From Candidatus Poribacteria bacterium (GTDB taxonomy: Bacteria; Poribacteria; WGA-4E; PCPOR2b), in assembly GCA_021295755.1 (NCBI GenBank), contig JAGWBT010000003.1, positions 43,129 to 107,128 on the forward strand: a stretch of 64,000 bases of DNA. Direction: 5' to 3'. The stretch's first letter is position 1. Every line of letters starts with the position of its first letter. The notes beneath the pieces were generated by a model. It made no database searches, was not told the origin of the DNA, and saw only the letters and a list, made by a program, of their open reading frames with translations. The position numbers and the translations under genes are program-made. Shown here piece by piece: positions 54,934 to 64,000 of the stretch.

Positions 54934-55428
54934 ATGTCAACATACCCACTCGATGAAAATCAACGGGAAGCCTATCAAGCCTTAGCCGCTCACATCGATT
55001 CCGGGGCTAAGGGCGGGACGGTATGTCTCGTCGGAGAATTTCAGTCCGGTAAAACAAATTTAGTCAAGCATCTACTCAAGAAAAAAATTGGTAACTCTAC
55101 AGATTACTATGTAAACCTAAATCTGTATCTGCTTGATGAATTAGACAAGCAGCGGGGATCAATCGCATACGCCGGCGCGAAAGCGAAAATACACCTCCTG
55201 ATACAGATCGCAATTGAAGATCTGCTAGACAAGCATTTCCAAACGCACAATCTCCTCGTCCTTGATGCTATTGAAATGGTATATTCCTACGAGCTCAATC
55301 TCGTTGCCATTACCGATCGCTTTGCCCGCGATGGTAAGTGCTGTATCATCTGCGTGCCTGAAAGCGAAAAAAATAATTACCACTTCGACTTTAGTTGGGA
55401 ACTTGCAGAGGCGATCCGAATCAACTGA
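54934..55428 (+). CDS. Small P-loop NTPase of unknown function
   Basis: Walker A GEFQSGKTN and a Walker-B-like LLVLD; 164 aa. Confidence 0.45.
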   Translation: MSTYPLDENQREAYQALAAHIDSGAKGGTVCLVGEFQSGKTNLVKHLLKKKIGNSTDYYVNLNLYLLDELDKQRGSIAYAGAKAKIHLLIQIAIEDLLDKHFQTHNLLVLDAIEMVYSYELNLVAITDRFARDGKCCIICVPESEKNNYHFDFSWELAEAIRIN

Positions 55429-55747
55429 AAATGGAATTGGGACTGTTTATGAAGCTGCTGTGAGGCATCGGTAGAACCGCTGCTGTCTATCGCTCCAGTC
55501 TCTTTGCCTATTTGTGCGGGGCTATCTGACTTTGGTGTTGACTGAAATTGCGAAATGTGATATAGTTATTTAGCAATGTTATAATTGATAACCTTCCTTG
55601 ATATTGAGGTGGCTTGATACAGAGAGCAACGCGAGGACGACCTAAGTAAACACCAAGGATTAGAGATAAACTGTAAGCGATCGGATGCTCGCGAGTGCTA
55701 ACATCAAGCCTGCACAACCCACCTATACCACCAGATTGGAAAGATTC

Positions 55748-56260
55748 ATGAGTAAGCAAGCTGAAATCGCCAACGACCGAGCCATTGAATATTGGAAACA
55801 GAATCGCTTTGACGAGGCAATTGCTCAATGGGAAGAAATCGTTCGTAAAGATTTGAATCTTGCGGAGATACACTATAACCTTGGAAATGCTTACATGTAC
55901 CAAGGCAAAATTGAGAGTGCGATCGACGCATTTAAGCGAGCGCTATCTATCGATCCTACCCTGCCTGAAGCGTACAACAAGTTGGGAATTATCTGTTACA
56001 AGCAAGGCAATGCAGGACTGGCGTTCGCCTGTTGGAAGCAAGCATTAGTGATTAATCCGGACTTTGAAGAAGCACGCCGTAATATTGGATTAATCCAGAA
56101 CGCTCCCCAGTTTGATGTAGAAGACGAAATACCTGCTTACCAACATGTAGCGGAGGGTGATGCAACAGGCGATGCAAACGCTAGCATTGAGGATAGCGAC
56201 GACCTACCCACATGGAAAAATAAAATTCGTCAGGGTTGGGGCGCATTCCGAAGAAAATGA
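55748..56260 (+). CDS. TPR-repeat protein
   Basis: Three or more TPR-like 34-mers (AEIHYNLGNAYMYQGKIESAIDAFKRALSIDP ...). The start is the ATG at 55748; the listed ORF begins at an upstream TTG at 55685. Confidence 0.6.
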   Translation: MSKQAEIANDRAIEYWKQNRFDEAIAQWEEIVRKDLNLAEIHYNLGNAYMYQGKIESAIDAFKRALSIDPTLPEAYNKLGIICYKQGNAGLAFACWKQALVINPDFEEARRNIGLIQNAPQFDVEDEIPAYQHVAEGDATGDANASIEDSDDLPTWKNKIRQGWGAFRRK

Positions 56261-56376
56261 AGCGGCTTCCATGATAAGAGAGTAATCGAAACAATGCTGA
56301 TTTGGCTCGATTTTTTAAGAGCATCAAGAGCTTCTCAGCTAGTTCTCTACCCTGCATTGATTCTGTCTAGCCCAAT

Positions 56377-56411
56377 AAAAAAAGCCCTCAATTGCTTGAG
56401 AGCCTTTTTTT
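56377..56411. terminator. Bidirectional intrinsic terminator: A-run, hairpin GCCCTCAA-TTGC-TTGAGAGC, T-run
   Basis: Serves the convergent TPR gene (+) and cspA (-). U-tracts flank it on both strands. Confidence 0.6.
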
Positions 56412-56443
56412 CCCCGGTTTTATCCTTGTTAACTTTATCAATT

Positions 56444-56644
56444 TTAGATTTTTCTAACTTCTTCGGCTTGGAGTCCCTTCTCCCCTTCCACAACGTTGAA
56501 CTCGACCTCTTGTCCCTCATCAAGGGTTTTAAAGCCGGTTCCTTCAACGTTGGAATAATGGACGAAGACATCTTGTCCTTCATCAGTTACAATAAATCCG
56601 TAACCTTTCTGATCACTGAACCATTTCACTCGACCTGTTGCCAT
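56444..56644 (-). CDS. cspA: Cold-shock protein (CspA family)
   Basis: RNP motifs KGYGFI and VFVHY; 66 aa. Confidence 0.93.
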   Translation of the reverse strand: MATGRVKWFSDQKGYGFIVTDEGQDVFVHYSNVEGTGFKTLDEGQEVEFNVVEGEKGLQAEEVRKI

Positions 56645-56953
56645 CGGTGTGTACCTCCTTTCCTAAAGATTCAGAACTGCAAATGAAAATCAAGTCTTAG
56701 CGCAAGAGGTACAAAATATAGCATATGGCCGGGGAAATGCTTCCATTTGAACCTAACACCACTTCTCTAATCCATTGTACAGTTACGTATAAAATTATAC
56801 TTGATTCAAAATAGGAATGCAAGCAAGAATTCTAGTGAAAAATCATTTAACAGCGAATTTGATCTCGAATTTACGTAGGATGAGTGCTTTCTGAAGGTTT
56901 TATTGCGCTCAATTTTATGATGGGTTGATGGTCTGTATCAAATTTAGTCGTCC

Positions 56954-57715
56954 CTAATGTTGCAGTGTTTGGGAAATAAAAAGTTGAGTACGTTCGTTCT
57001 GCGGATTATCGAAGAAAACCCCTGGTGCTGCTTCTTCTACAATCGCTCCTTCATCCATAAAAATTATTCGATCTGCTACCTCACGGGCAAACCCCATCTC
57101 ATGCGTGACAACCAACATTGTCATGCCAGACGCAGCTAACTCACGCATTACATCGAGTACTTCGTTTATCATCTCAGGGTCAAGGGCGCTTGTCGGCTCG
57201 TCGAATAGCATAATTTTGGGATGCATTGCCAAAGCCCTTGCAATTGCCACACGCTGTTGTTGCCCTCCCGAAATCTGTGCGGGAAATTTGTGAGCATGTT
57301 CTTCAATACCAACTCTTTCTAATAACGCTAAAGCCTCCGATTCCGCTTCCCTTTTTGATAGCTTCTTCACCCAGATAGGGCTTAACGTTACATTTTGCAG
57401 GACGGTCAGGTGGGGAAACAAGTTGAATTGTTGGAAGACCATGCCCACTTCTTGGCGGATACGGTCTATATTACGAAGGTCGTCGCTGAGTTCGATACCA
57501 TCAACGATAATGCGTCCCCTTTGGTGCGTCTCCAAACGATTTATTGTACGGATGAACGTAGACTTTCCCGATCCCGAAGGACCGCATATCACAACCTTCT
57601 CCCCTTTTTTGAACGCGGTCGTAATCCCTTTGAGTACGTGAAAATCGTCGAACCATTTATGGACATCCTCACAGACAATAATTGAGTCAGCCGGAGTATT
57701 TTCAAGATCTGCCAC
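56954..57715 (-). CDS. aapP: Polar amino-acid ABC transporter ATP-binding protein (AapP/GlnQ-like)
   Basis: [24 protein letters not shown]; 253 aa. Confidence 0.88.
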   Translation of the reverse strand: MADLENTPADSIIVCEDVHKWFDDFHVLKGITTAFKKGEKVVICGPSGSGKSTFIRTINRLETHQRGRIIVDGIELSDDLRNIDRIRQEVGMVFQQFNLFPHLTVLQNVTLSPIWVKKLSKREAESEALALLERVGIEEHAHKFPAQISGGQQQRVAIARALAMHPKIMLFDEPTSALDPEMINEVLDVMRELAASGMTMLVVTHEMGFAREVADRIIFMDEGAIVEEAAPGVFFDNPQNERTQLFISQTLQH

Positions 57716-57759
57716 TGTTTAATCTCTCCCTTCCTAGAATGCACGAAATAACCTCATCC

Positions 57760-58950
57760 CTACCCGAATCCCAAAGCATCTTCAATTTTCTGACTGATAT
57801 ATGACATAGAATAACTGAAAACAAAATAGACCACTGCAGCGAATAGATATACCTCAGCTTGCAGTCCCAACCAGTCAGGATTTGCAATAACCGTTTTGGC
57901 TATACCCAATAGATCTAGCAGCCCGATGACAGTAACCAGCGATGTATCCTTAAAAAGGCTGATAAACTGCCCAACAATTGCCGGGATGACTGAGCGAAGT
58001 GCCTGTGGTAAGACGATAAGTAACATCGTAAGTGGATAATTGAGTCCGAGCGCATGGGCGGCTTCGTGCTGTCCTTTCGGGATCGATTGCAACCCGCCAC
58101 GGACGTTCTCCGCCATGTAAGCGGCGGAAAAAAGTGTGATACCGAGCATCGCCCGCAAAATTTTGTCAATGCGAAAATCAGGCAAGAAAATGGGGACCAT
58201 AATCTGTGCCATGAACAGAATTGTCACCAAAGGCACGCCGCGTACTGTCTCAATATACGCTGTCGAAAACCATTTAATCGCAGGGAGATTGCTCCGTCGC
58301 CCGAGAGCCAGAAGAACGCCTAGTGGAAATGAGACAACGATGCCAACGGCCGCGAGAATCAACGTTAGTAGCAGCCCACCCCAGTTGCTTGTAAAGACAG
58401 TAGGCAAACCCGAAAATCCGTGAAGCCATATCATAGTCCAAGGAAATGAGAGCAGCCAACCGCCCAGAACCCAAGGGCGCAATCCTGTTCTACCACGGGC
58501 AAGGAATAGGGCGGCTGCTAGCAGCGCCACCCCACCGAGCAGACCAAATCTATTAAAAAAGGTAGCGGGAAAAAAAGTGAGGATAATCCCAACGCCTCCC
58601 CCTATTCCTCCGATGACAAGAGAAAGCCGGAGGGCTAGGCCGCCCCAGATTCCAGAACTCAAGCCCAATAGGAGGCCCAAAGTATAAATCACAACCCATA
58701 CACGCCAGATCTCCTCTCTTGGATAAGCACCGACGAGAAAAATTTGCAGGTTAGCGGGTATAACGCCCCAATTTGCTTCAGTGAACGCCCAAGTCAAGAC
58801 TTCCTTAAAGACAACGTATAAAAAAACGATGGCTAAGAGGCTGAAGAGTGCGTTGTACCAAGTATTAAACAGATTTTCCTTCAGCCACCGCAATATGCCC
58901 TTCGATTCAGTGGGTGGTTTAACGACTGGGTTCGGTGCTTGCTCTTCCAC
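57760..58950 (-). CDS. aapM: General L-amino-acid ABC transporter permease (AapM-like)
   Basis: His/Glu/Gln/Arg/opine-family EAA-type loop GLQSIPKGQHEAAHALGL; 396 aa. Confidence 0.75.
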   Translation of the reverse strand: MEEQAPNPVVKPPTESKGILRWLKENLFNTWYNALFSLLAIVFLYVVFKEVLTWAFTEANWGVIPANLQIFLVGAYPREEIWRVWVVIYTLGLLLGLSSGIWGGLALRLSLVIGGIGGGVGIILTFFPATFFNRFGLLGGVALLAAALFLARGRTGLRPWVLGGWLLSFPWTMIWLHGFSGLPTVFTSNWGGLLLTLILAAVGIVVSFPLGVLLALGRRSNLPAIKWFSTAYIETVRGVPLVTILFMAQIMVPIFLPDFRIDKILRAMLGITLFSAAYMAENVRGGLQSIPKGQHEAAHALGLNYPLTMLLIVLPQALRSVIPAIVGQFISLFKDTSLVTVIGLLDLLGIAKTVIANPDWLGLQAEVYLFAAVVYFVFSYSMSYISQKIEDALGFG

Positions 58951-58965
58951 GTGCTTCTTATCCTC

Positions 58966-60186
58966 TCATCGTCCGATTCGATTAATCCTGCGGTTGTACC
59001 AATTCATGTACGCCGACGTCGCCAAGCTGATAATCAGATAGCTCATCATGATCATCCCAAAGATTGGGATGGATTGTCCGGTTTGATTCATCATCGTATT
59101 ACCGATGTTAAATAGATCTGGGAAGCCTATTGCGACAGCGAGACTGGAATTTTTAGTGAGATTCAAATACTGGCTGGTGAGCGGTGGTGCGATTACGCGC
59201 AATGCTTGGGGTAGGACAATCAACCGCAGCGTTTGAAATTCGTTTAAGCCTACCGCTTTAGCAGCCTCTCGTTGTCCCTTTGCCACGGACTGTATACCAC
59301 TCCTCACTACTTCAGCGATGAAAGCCCCGGTATAAATAACAAGTCCAACCAAAAGGGCAGAGAATTCGGGTGACAGATATATCCCTCCTGCAAAATTAAA
59401 GCCCTTCAAAGCAGGTAACTCCCAAGTATATGGTCTCCCCGGTGTCAGAAACCAGCCCACAAAAGCAACCAACAGAAACGCTGGCAAAGCCCACTTTGCC
59501 GGAAAACCGGGCTGCTCCATCTGTCGAAGTTTTCTCAACCGTACGAGATAGAGAATCAATGCTAAAATAAGTCCTCCAACGAGATAACCGAACCAAATCT
59601 TCACGCCCGATGTGGGTTGAGGCTCAGGAAGATATACCCCTCGTTGGTTGATGAACACGCCTCCAAAGAATGTGAAGCTCTTCCGGACCGAGGGCAGTTG
59701 AAGGATTACAGCGGTATACCAAAACAGAATCTGTAGCAGCAGCGGGATATTGCGGAAACATTCGACATAAATGGCTGCGATCGTTCTGACCAACCAGTTG
59801 CTTGATAGCCGAGCGATACCGACAACAAGCCCTAGGATTGTGGCGCACACAATTCCGATAATGCTGACCCTGATCGTGTTAATCACACCTACCCAAAACG
59901 CTCTTAGATAGGTATCTGAAGGTTCATAGGCAATTCCCTCGGCTATTCCAAATCCAGCCTCATCATTAAGAAAGTCGAGGTTCAAGGTCAAGCCGAGTCC
60001 ACGGAGTCCCCTCAACATATTCATGTAAAGGATACCAGCTAACAGGAGGACTCCGACAAGAAAGATGACCTGAAATAGAACACGCAGCACCCGAATATCC
60101 CGCCAAAAAGGGATTGTCTCTGATGCACTTTTAGTTGAGTTGTTTTCCATTGTGTTGTGGCTCAAGTGGTAACGCTGAGTTTGCAA
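58966..60186 (-). CDS. aapQ: General L-amino-acid ABC transporter permease (AapQ-like)
   Basis: EAA-type loop GIQSVAKGQREAAKAVGL; 406 aa. Confidence 0.75.
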   Translation of the reverse strand: MQTQRYHLSHNTMENNSTKSASETIPFWRDIRVLRVLFQVIFLVGVLLLAGILYMNMLRGLRGLGLTLNLDFLNDEAGFGIAEGIAYEPSDTYLRAFWVGVINTIRVSIIGIVCATILGLVVGIARLSSNWLVRTIAAIYVECFRNIPLLLQILFWYTAVILQLPSVRKSFTFFGGVFINQRGVYLPEPQPTSGVKIWFGYLVGGLILALILYLVRLRKLRQMEQPGFPAKWALPAFLLVAFVGWFLTPGRPYTWELPALKGFNFAGGIYLSPEFSALLVGLVIYTGAFIAEVVRSGIQSVAKGQREAAKAVGLNEFQTLRLIVLPQALRVIAPPLTSQYLNLTKNSSLAVAIGFPDLFNIGNTMMNQTGQSIPIFGMIMMSYLIISLATSAYMNWYNRRINRIGR

Positions 60187-60192
60187 CGCTCA

Positions 60193-61209
60193 CTAACGGA
60201 ACGGCATCGCGTACAACAGACCCCCTTGAGTCCAAGGCTTGTTGACGTCGCGCGGTAGGCCAATGGAGGTCAGGTTACGTTCAAAAATTTCGCCATAGTT
60301 GCCAACGGCAGCGATAACCTGACGCGCCCAATCTTTCGACAGACCGAGTTTCCCGCCCATATCGCCGGTTTCCCCCAAGAAGCGTCCAATCTCTGGGTTT
60401 TTCGATTTATAAGTGCCAACATTCGATTGGGTGATTCCCTGTTCCTCGGCGAAGAATGTGGCATAAACAACCCAGCTAACGACATCGTTCCATTTGTTGT
60501 CGCCATGGATAGTGACGGGTCCCAGCGGTTCCTTCGAGATAGTCACATCGAGGATAACGTGCGCCTCCGGGTTCTTCAAGACGTTGCGACGAGCGGCTAG
60601 CTGCGATTTATCACTTGTAACTACATCACAACGATCCTGTTCGTAACTGTTGTAAAGGGTATCAATCTCCTCAAAAACCACCGGCTTAAAATCTACCCCT
60701 AAAGCCCGCATCGTATCCGCGAGGTTTAGCTCAGTTGTGCTACCAGCGGTGACACAAATACTCGCACCTGCCAACTCCTCTAGGGAGGTAACGCCGAGTT
60801 CTTTACGCAGCATGAATCCCTGACCGTCGTAAAAGGTGGGTGGAGCGAAATCTGCCCCCACCTGGGTGTCGCGGGTAAGCGTCCAAGTGGTGTTTCGGAT
60901 CAAGACATCTATCTCCCCTGTCTGAAGGGCTGGAAAACGTTCCGGTGCCTTTAACGGCACGAATTCAACCTTATCTGGATCACCGAGAATAGCTGCAGCA
61001 ATTGCCCGACAATAATCCACGTCGAAGCCACTCCATGTGCCATCTTGATTGAGGAAGCTAAAACCGGGCAACCCGCCGTACACCCCACAAACGAGCCTCC
61101 CCCTGTTTTTTACTTTGTCCAATACGCTTTCCTGTCCGCTTGCCAGTGGTGGACCTACCAGTGAAATGGCTAGAACAAATACAAAAATGCTAAACCAAAC
61201 CCTACGCAT
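60193..61209 (-). CDS. aapJ: Periplasmic polar amino-acid binding protein (AapJ-like, SBP family 3)
   Basis: Signal peptide; 338 aa; first gene of the J-Q-M-P order on the - strand. Confidence 0.75.
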   Translation of the reverse strand: MRRVWFSIFVFVLAISLVGPPLASGQESVLDKVKNRGRLVCGVYGGLPGFSFLNQDGTWSGFDVDYCRAIAAAILGDPDKVEFVPLKAPERFPALQTGEIDVLIRNTTWTLTRDTQVGADFAPPTFYDGQGFMLRKELGVTSLEELAGASICVTAGSTTELNLADTMRALGVDFKPVVFEEIDTLYNSYEQDRCDVVTSDKSQLAARRNVLKNPEAHVILDVTISKEPLGPVTIHGDNKWNDVVSWVVYATFFAEEQGITQSNVGTYKSKNPEIGRFLGETGDMGGKLGLSKDWARQVIAAVGNYGEIFERNLTSIGLPRDVNKPWTQGGLLYAMPFR

Positions 61210-61426
61210 TAAAATTCTCCTTTTTACTTTTGAATAAAGACGAACTGAAAACCCGTAACTATTAGAAATTGGAAAGCCTTAAGTCGCTTGGCTTTAACAC
61301 AGATTCTAACACAATTCAAGATAGCTGTCAATCAACCTACTACCAAAGGTTAGGGCAATCGCATCTGTTAATTTGATCAGTTGTAAGCCGCTTCTCCCTA
61401 TTGGTTCATCCGTTGATTGGTTTCTT

Positions 61427-61455
61427 TTTTACGTTTTACGCATCACGTTTCACGT
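61427..61455. repeat. TTTTTTACGTTTTACGCATCACGTTTCACGTC direct-repeat motif
   Basis: Third clear copy of the ACGTTTTACGCATCACGTTT motif; it lies upstream of rqcH. Confidence 0.5.
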
Positions 61456-61562
61456 CAAGGGGATAGGCTAAGGGGCTAACAGCGGGTCAGAGGTTTCAAT
61501 CGCGTTCATATGCGATTGCCCTCACCACAGGTCAGTTTTTCGTGCCGTTCTCAGCGGAATTA

Positions 61563-61571
61563 TGGTATAAT
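61563..61571 (+). promoter_or_regulatory. Extended -10 element TGGTATAAT upstream of the rqcH-like gene
   Basis: TGnTATAAT match about 95 nt upstream of the start codon. No convincing -35 element. Confidence 0.3.
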
Positions 61572-61662
61572 GAGCAACCGTTCCGCCGGGCGACACGCTG
61601 AGAAACGCGATACGCTGAAGGTGTGAGAACCTACGACACATCACTTCCACGAGGTTTACATC

Positions 61663-63426
61663 ATGTCATTCGACAGTCTAGCTTTGCATCTTGTGACGGA
61701 TGAACTCCGTCGGACAATTCTGAATGGGACCATTCGGCATATTGAACAGTTGAACCCTCACAGCATTGTACTCAAAATCTCCCAAGCAGCCAAGACTCAC
61801 TTTTTGCTTATTTCAACCCATTCTATTCATGCCCGCGCACATCTCATTGAACGTTCGCCCAAAGGACAGTCTAGGTCCCATTTTGCCGACTTCCTGATGA
61901 AGCACGCTCTGCGTGGTCAGATCACAGCGATAGAACAGGTTGGCTTGGATCGGATACTAAAGCTTACTATCGCCCCCACATCCGACGTGCTTGAGGCGTC
62001 GCCTAAGTCGATTATCGCAGAGCTGATGGGGAAATACAGCAATATCATCCTCGTTGATGAAGCAAGTGGCAATATCCTCGAAAGCATCAAGCACATTGAT
62101 GAGACGATGAGTCGCTATCGTGAGGTATTGCCCGGTTTGACCTATACCTCACCACCACAGCAGGATAAATGGCATCCATTAAAATTAGATCAGGACACCT
62201 TTATTTCGATCGTTGAAAATCAGGAAGTAAGTTGGCGATTCCTTTTTAATCAGATTGATGGCTTGAGTCCAACCCTTGCCAAAGAAATTATCGCTCGCGT
62301 CAGTGATCAGTCTACCCTAGCAGACTTGTGGGAGGCATATCAGCAGGTTGTGGGCTGCTTCCAGCCTTCCCACAGCCAACCCCAAGTGCTTATTGAAGGG
62401 GGCAATTCGGGCAAACAGTTCCAACGAGAGGCTGAAGCAAGTAACCATGCTTACTTGCAAGACAGTGATAAAGTTGTCGCTGTGTCTGCATTAAAACTGG
62501 CGCAATTTCCAAACACTGAGAGCCGGTTTTTTCAAACAATGAGCGAGGCTCTATCCGCCTACTACGATGCCGTTACTCGTGATGAAGCGATGCAATCTGA
62601 GCGGAATGCGTTGCGCCAAATTTTGAACAAGATGACTGCTGCACTGGAACGAAAACAGGTATCGCTACGACAGGATTTGGTAAATGCGGAACAGGCTGAG
62701 GATTATCGAATCAAAGGCGAACTCCTCACTGCGAATTTACACCAAGTCGAGCGAGGACAGACAATTATCGAAGTGCAAAACTACTACGCTCCAGATTTAA
62801 ACGTCCTGCCAATCGAACTTGATCCGCAACTCAGTCCCTCAGAAAACGCCCAACAATACTTTAAGCAGTATACCAAAGCAAAGCGCGGGGTTTCGGTAAT
62901 CCACCGTTTGATTGCTGATAATGAAGCGGAACAGGAGGCGTTACAGGCATATGTCTCCGAAGTGGAAGAGGCAAAGGGGTTGAAGGAACTTCGAGCGATT
63001 CAGTCTGAGTTTGTAAAAAAAGGTTGGATAAAAGAAACCAAGCGTCGGTCCAAGCAGAGCGAATCCGCCGGTGCATTTCGGAAGTATACCTCGCCTGACG
63101 GTTTTCAGATTTATGTGGGTCGCAATAGCAAGGAAAATGACCTGCTCCTTCGCCGAATCGCTTCAAGTCAGGATATGTGGTTACACACAAAGCAGATTCA
63201 CGGTTCACACGTTATTATTCGCAATCCTGAAAAGAAGCCGGGTATTCCAATGCCAACGCTGCTAAAAGCCGCCCAGATTGCAGCGTTTTTCAGTAAAGCA
63301 CAACACGCTAGCTATGTCCCTGTCGACTATACATGGTTTCGGTATGTCGTCAAACCCAAGGGAACCGCTTCAGGCTTCGTGACTTACACCCATGAAAAGA
63401 CATTGTATGTTGAACCGAGCGTGTAA
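61663..63426 (+). CDS. rqcH: NFACT-family ribosome quality-control protein (RqcH/FbpA-like)
   Basis: NFACT-N start MSFDSLALHLVTDEL, and the NFACT-R block GRNSKENDLLLRRIASSQDMWLHTKQIHGSHVII; 587 aa. Confidence 0.8.
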   Translation: MSFDSLALHLVTDELRRTILNGTIRHIEQLNPHSIVLKISQAAKTHFLLISTHSIHARAHLIERSPKGQSRSHFADFLMKHALRGQITAIEQVGLDRILKLTIAPTSDVLEASPKSIIAELMGKYSNIILVDEASGNILESIKHIDETMSRYREVLPGLTYTSPPQQDKWHPLKLDQDTFISIVENQEVSWRFLFNQIDGLSPTLAKEIIARVSDQSTLADLWEAYQQVVGCFQPSHSQPQVLIEGGNSGKQFQREAEASNHAYLQDSDKVVAVSALKLAQFPNTESRFFQTMSEALSAYYDAVTRDEAMQSERNALRQILNKMTAALERKQVSLRQDLVNAEQAEDYRIKGELLTANLHQVERGQTIIEVQNYYAPDLNVLPIELDPQLSPSENAQQYFKQYTKAKRGVSVIHRLIADNEAEQEALQAYVSEVEEAKGLKELRAIQSEFVKKGWIKETKRRSKQSESAGAFRKYTSPDGFQIYVGRNSKENDLLLRRIASSQDMWLHTKQIHGSHVIIRNPEKKPGIPMPTLLKAAQIAAFFSKAQHASYVPVDYTWFRYVVKPKGTASGFVTYTHEKTLYVEPSV

Positions 63427-63485
63427 AAGGTAAAGCAGTAACCCGCTTTTTGCATTTGCCCCATTAACTTTAACGAGCATATGTA

Positions 63486-64000
63486 TCAAATCTTGAAAAT
63501 CTCGCCTAAACGTTCCCCCAGGATACGGCCCGCAGAAACTAAGCACGCTATCAGAATAAACATGCCCACCACACCCAACGCACAAGCAATATACGCCCCA
63601 CCAACCGGACGTTGTGACAGATTCCAAATCGCTTTGGTGATTGGATTATACTGATCTCGCATAGCAAGAATCAAGCTGTCAGCAACTTCCAGCATTGAGA
63701 ACGAGAACACAAGGATTGAGCCAGCGATGACATTGGCAATGACAAGGGGCAGCGTAATCTTATACAGCGTCCGTGCTGAGTTTGCGCCAAGATTCTGTGA
63801 CGCCTCTTCCAATGTTATACTGGTCTGCTGAAGGCCCGCGTAAATTGAACGGAGCATATACGGTAAACGTCTCACCGCATAACTGACGATTAGCAGTAAA
63901 ATCGGGTTTTGTCGAGGATCTAAGATAGATACGATGGACTGGGGCAAATGACGGAGCAAAAGCGTCGTATCCGCAAAGCTACCTACATAGCCAAAAGCGA
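63486..64000 (-). CDS. ABC transporter permease (binding-protein-dependent type), partial; the N-terminus lies beyond the window
   Basis: EAA-loop-like LEEASQNLGANSARTLYKITLP. The - strand frame stays open to nt 64000. Confidence 0.7.
   Translation of the reverse strand, partial: AFGYVGSFADTTLLLRHLPQSIVSILDPRQNPILLLIVSYAVRRLPYMLRSIYAGLQQTSITLEEASQNLGANSARTLYKITLPLVIANVIAGSILVFSFSMLEVADSLILAMRDQYNPITKAIWNLSQRPVGGAYIACALGVVGMFILIACLVSAGRILGERLGEIFKI

Noticed and set aside
1-64000. tRNA, rRNA or other structured RNA genes
   Set aside because: Scanning by eye for GTTCGAATC/GTTCAAATC T-loop-like motifs and for long non-coding gaps found nothing convincing. The largest gaps are occupied by repeats and promoters. 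This is a limited, by-eye scan only.

Overview
This is a 64-kb bacterial chromosomal segment of about 51% GC. It is gene-dense, mostly on the + strand, and contains no rRNA, no CRISPR array and no transposase. I did not spot a tRNA-like T-loop, though my scan for tRNAs was by eye only. Respiratory and redox genes dominate the content.

Features in order:
- A partial sensor histidine kinase whose 5' end lies upstream of the window, followed by cysC.
- A convergent radical-SAM/SPASM gene plus GT2 glycosyltransferase pair.
- A sugar-acid dehydratase neighbourhood: a 910-aa UxaA-like protein, a ManD-like enolase-superfamily dehydratase and an OYE/2,4-dienoyl-CoA-reductase-like flavoenzyme.
- A DegP-like protease, an EEP-cyclophilin fusion and an HpcH-family aldolase.
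- A cytochrome bc-type complex operon: Tat-Rieske protein, a split cytochrome b (b6-like half plus subunit-IV-like half) and an octaheme cytochrome c.
- A DAACS symporter, a small cytochrome c and a degraded LivJ-like pseudogene.
- A second respiratory island: cupredoxin, a CydA-like 'cytochrome bd-like' membrane protein with no CydB, three c-type cytochromes, a paralogous cupredoxin and an ABC ATPase/ABC-2 permease pair.
- An aa3-type heme-copper oxidase operon: coxB broken by two frame changes and lacking CuA cysteines, coxA, ctaA, ctaB, coxC, a vapBC toxin-antitoxin pair inserted inside the operon, a small CxxC membrane protein, a second coxC, coxD and sco.
- A type-E succinate dehydrogenase (sdhA, sdhB, HdrB-like sdhE) and fumC.
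- An unusual 7-kb cluster in which four neighbouring genes carry six copies of a ~45-aa ChlB/BchB-C-terminal-like (PCP_red-like) domain. It is interleaved with USP domains, zinc ribbons, an ApbC/Mrp Fe-S carrier ATPase, a HemJ/CopD-like membrane protein and a radical-SAM/SPASM enzyme.
- cspA, an aapJQMP-like amino-acid ABC importer on the - strand, an RqcH/NFACT protein and a partial ABC permease running off the 3' end.

At the DNA level there are several small palindromic repeat families:
- REP-like hairpins that show compensatory stem changes between copies.
- A MITE-like element with 9-bp terminal inverted repeats.
- A 3'-UTR hairpin family that sits directly after stop codons.
- ACGTTTTACGC-type direct repeats in 5' regions.

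A perfect 16-bp palindrome, TCACGGATATCCGTGA, occurs exactly twice. In both places it lies about 50 bp upstream of a TGcTATAAT-like -10 element of a respiratory operon.
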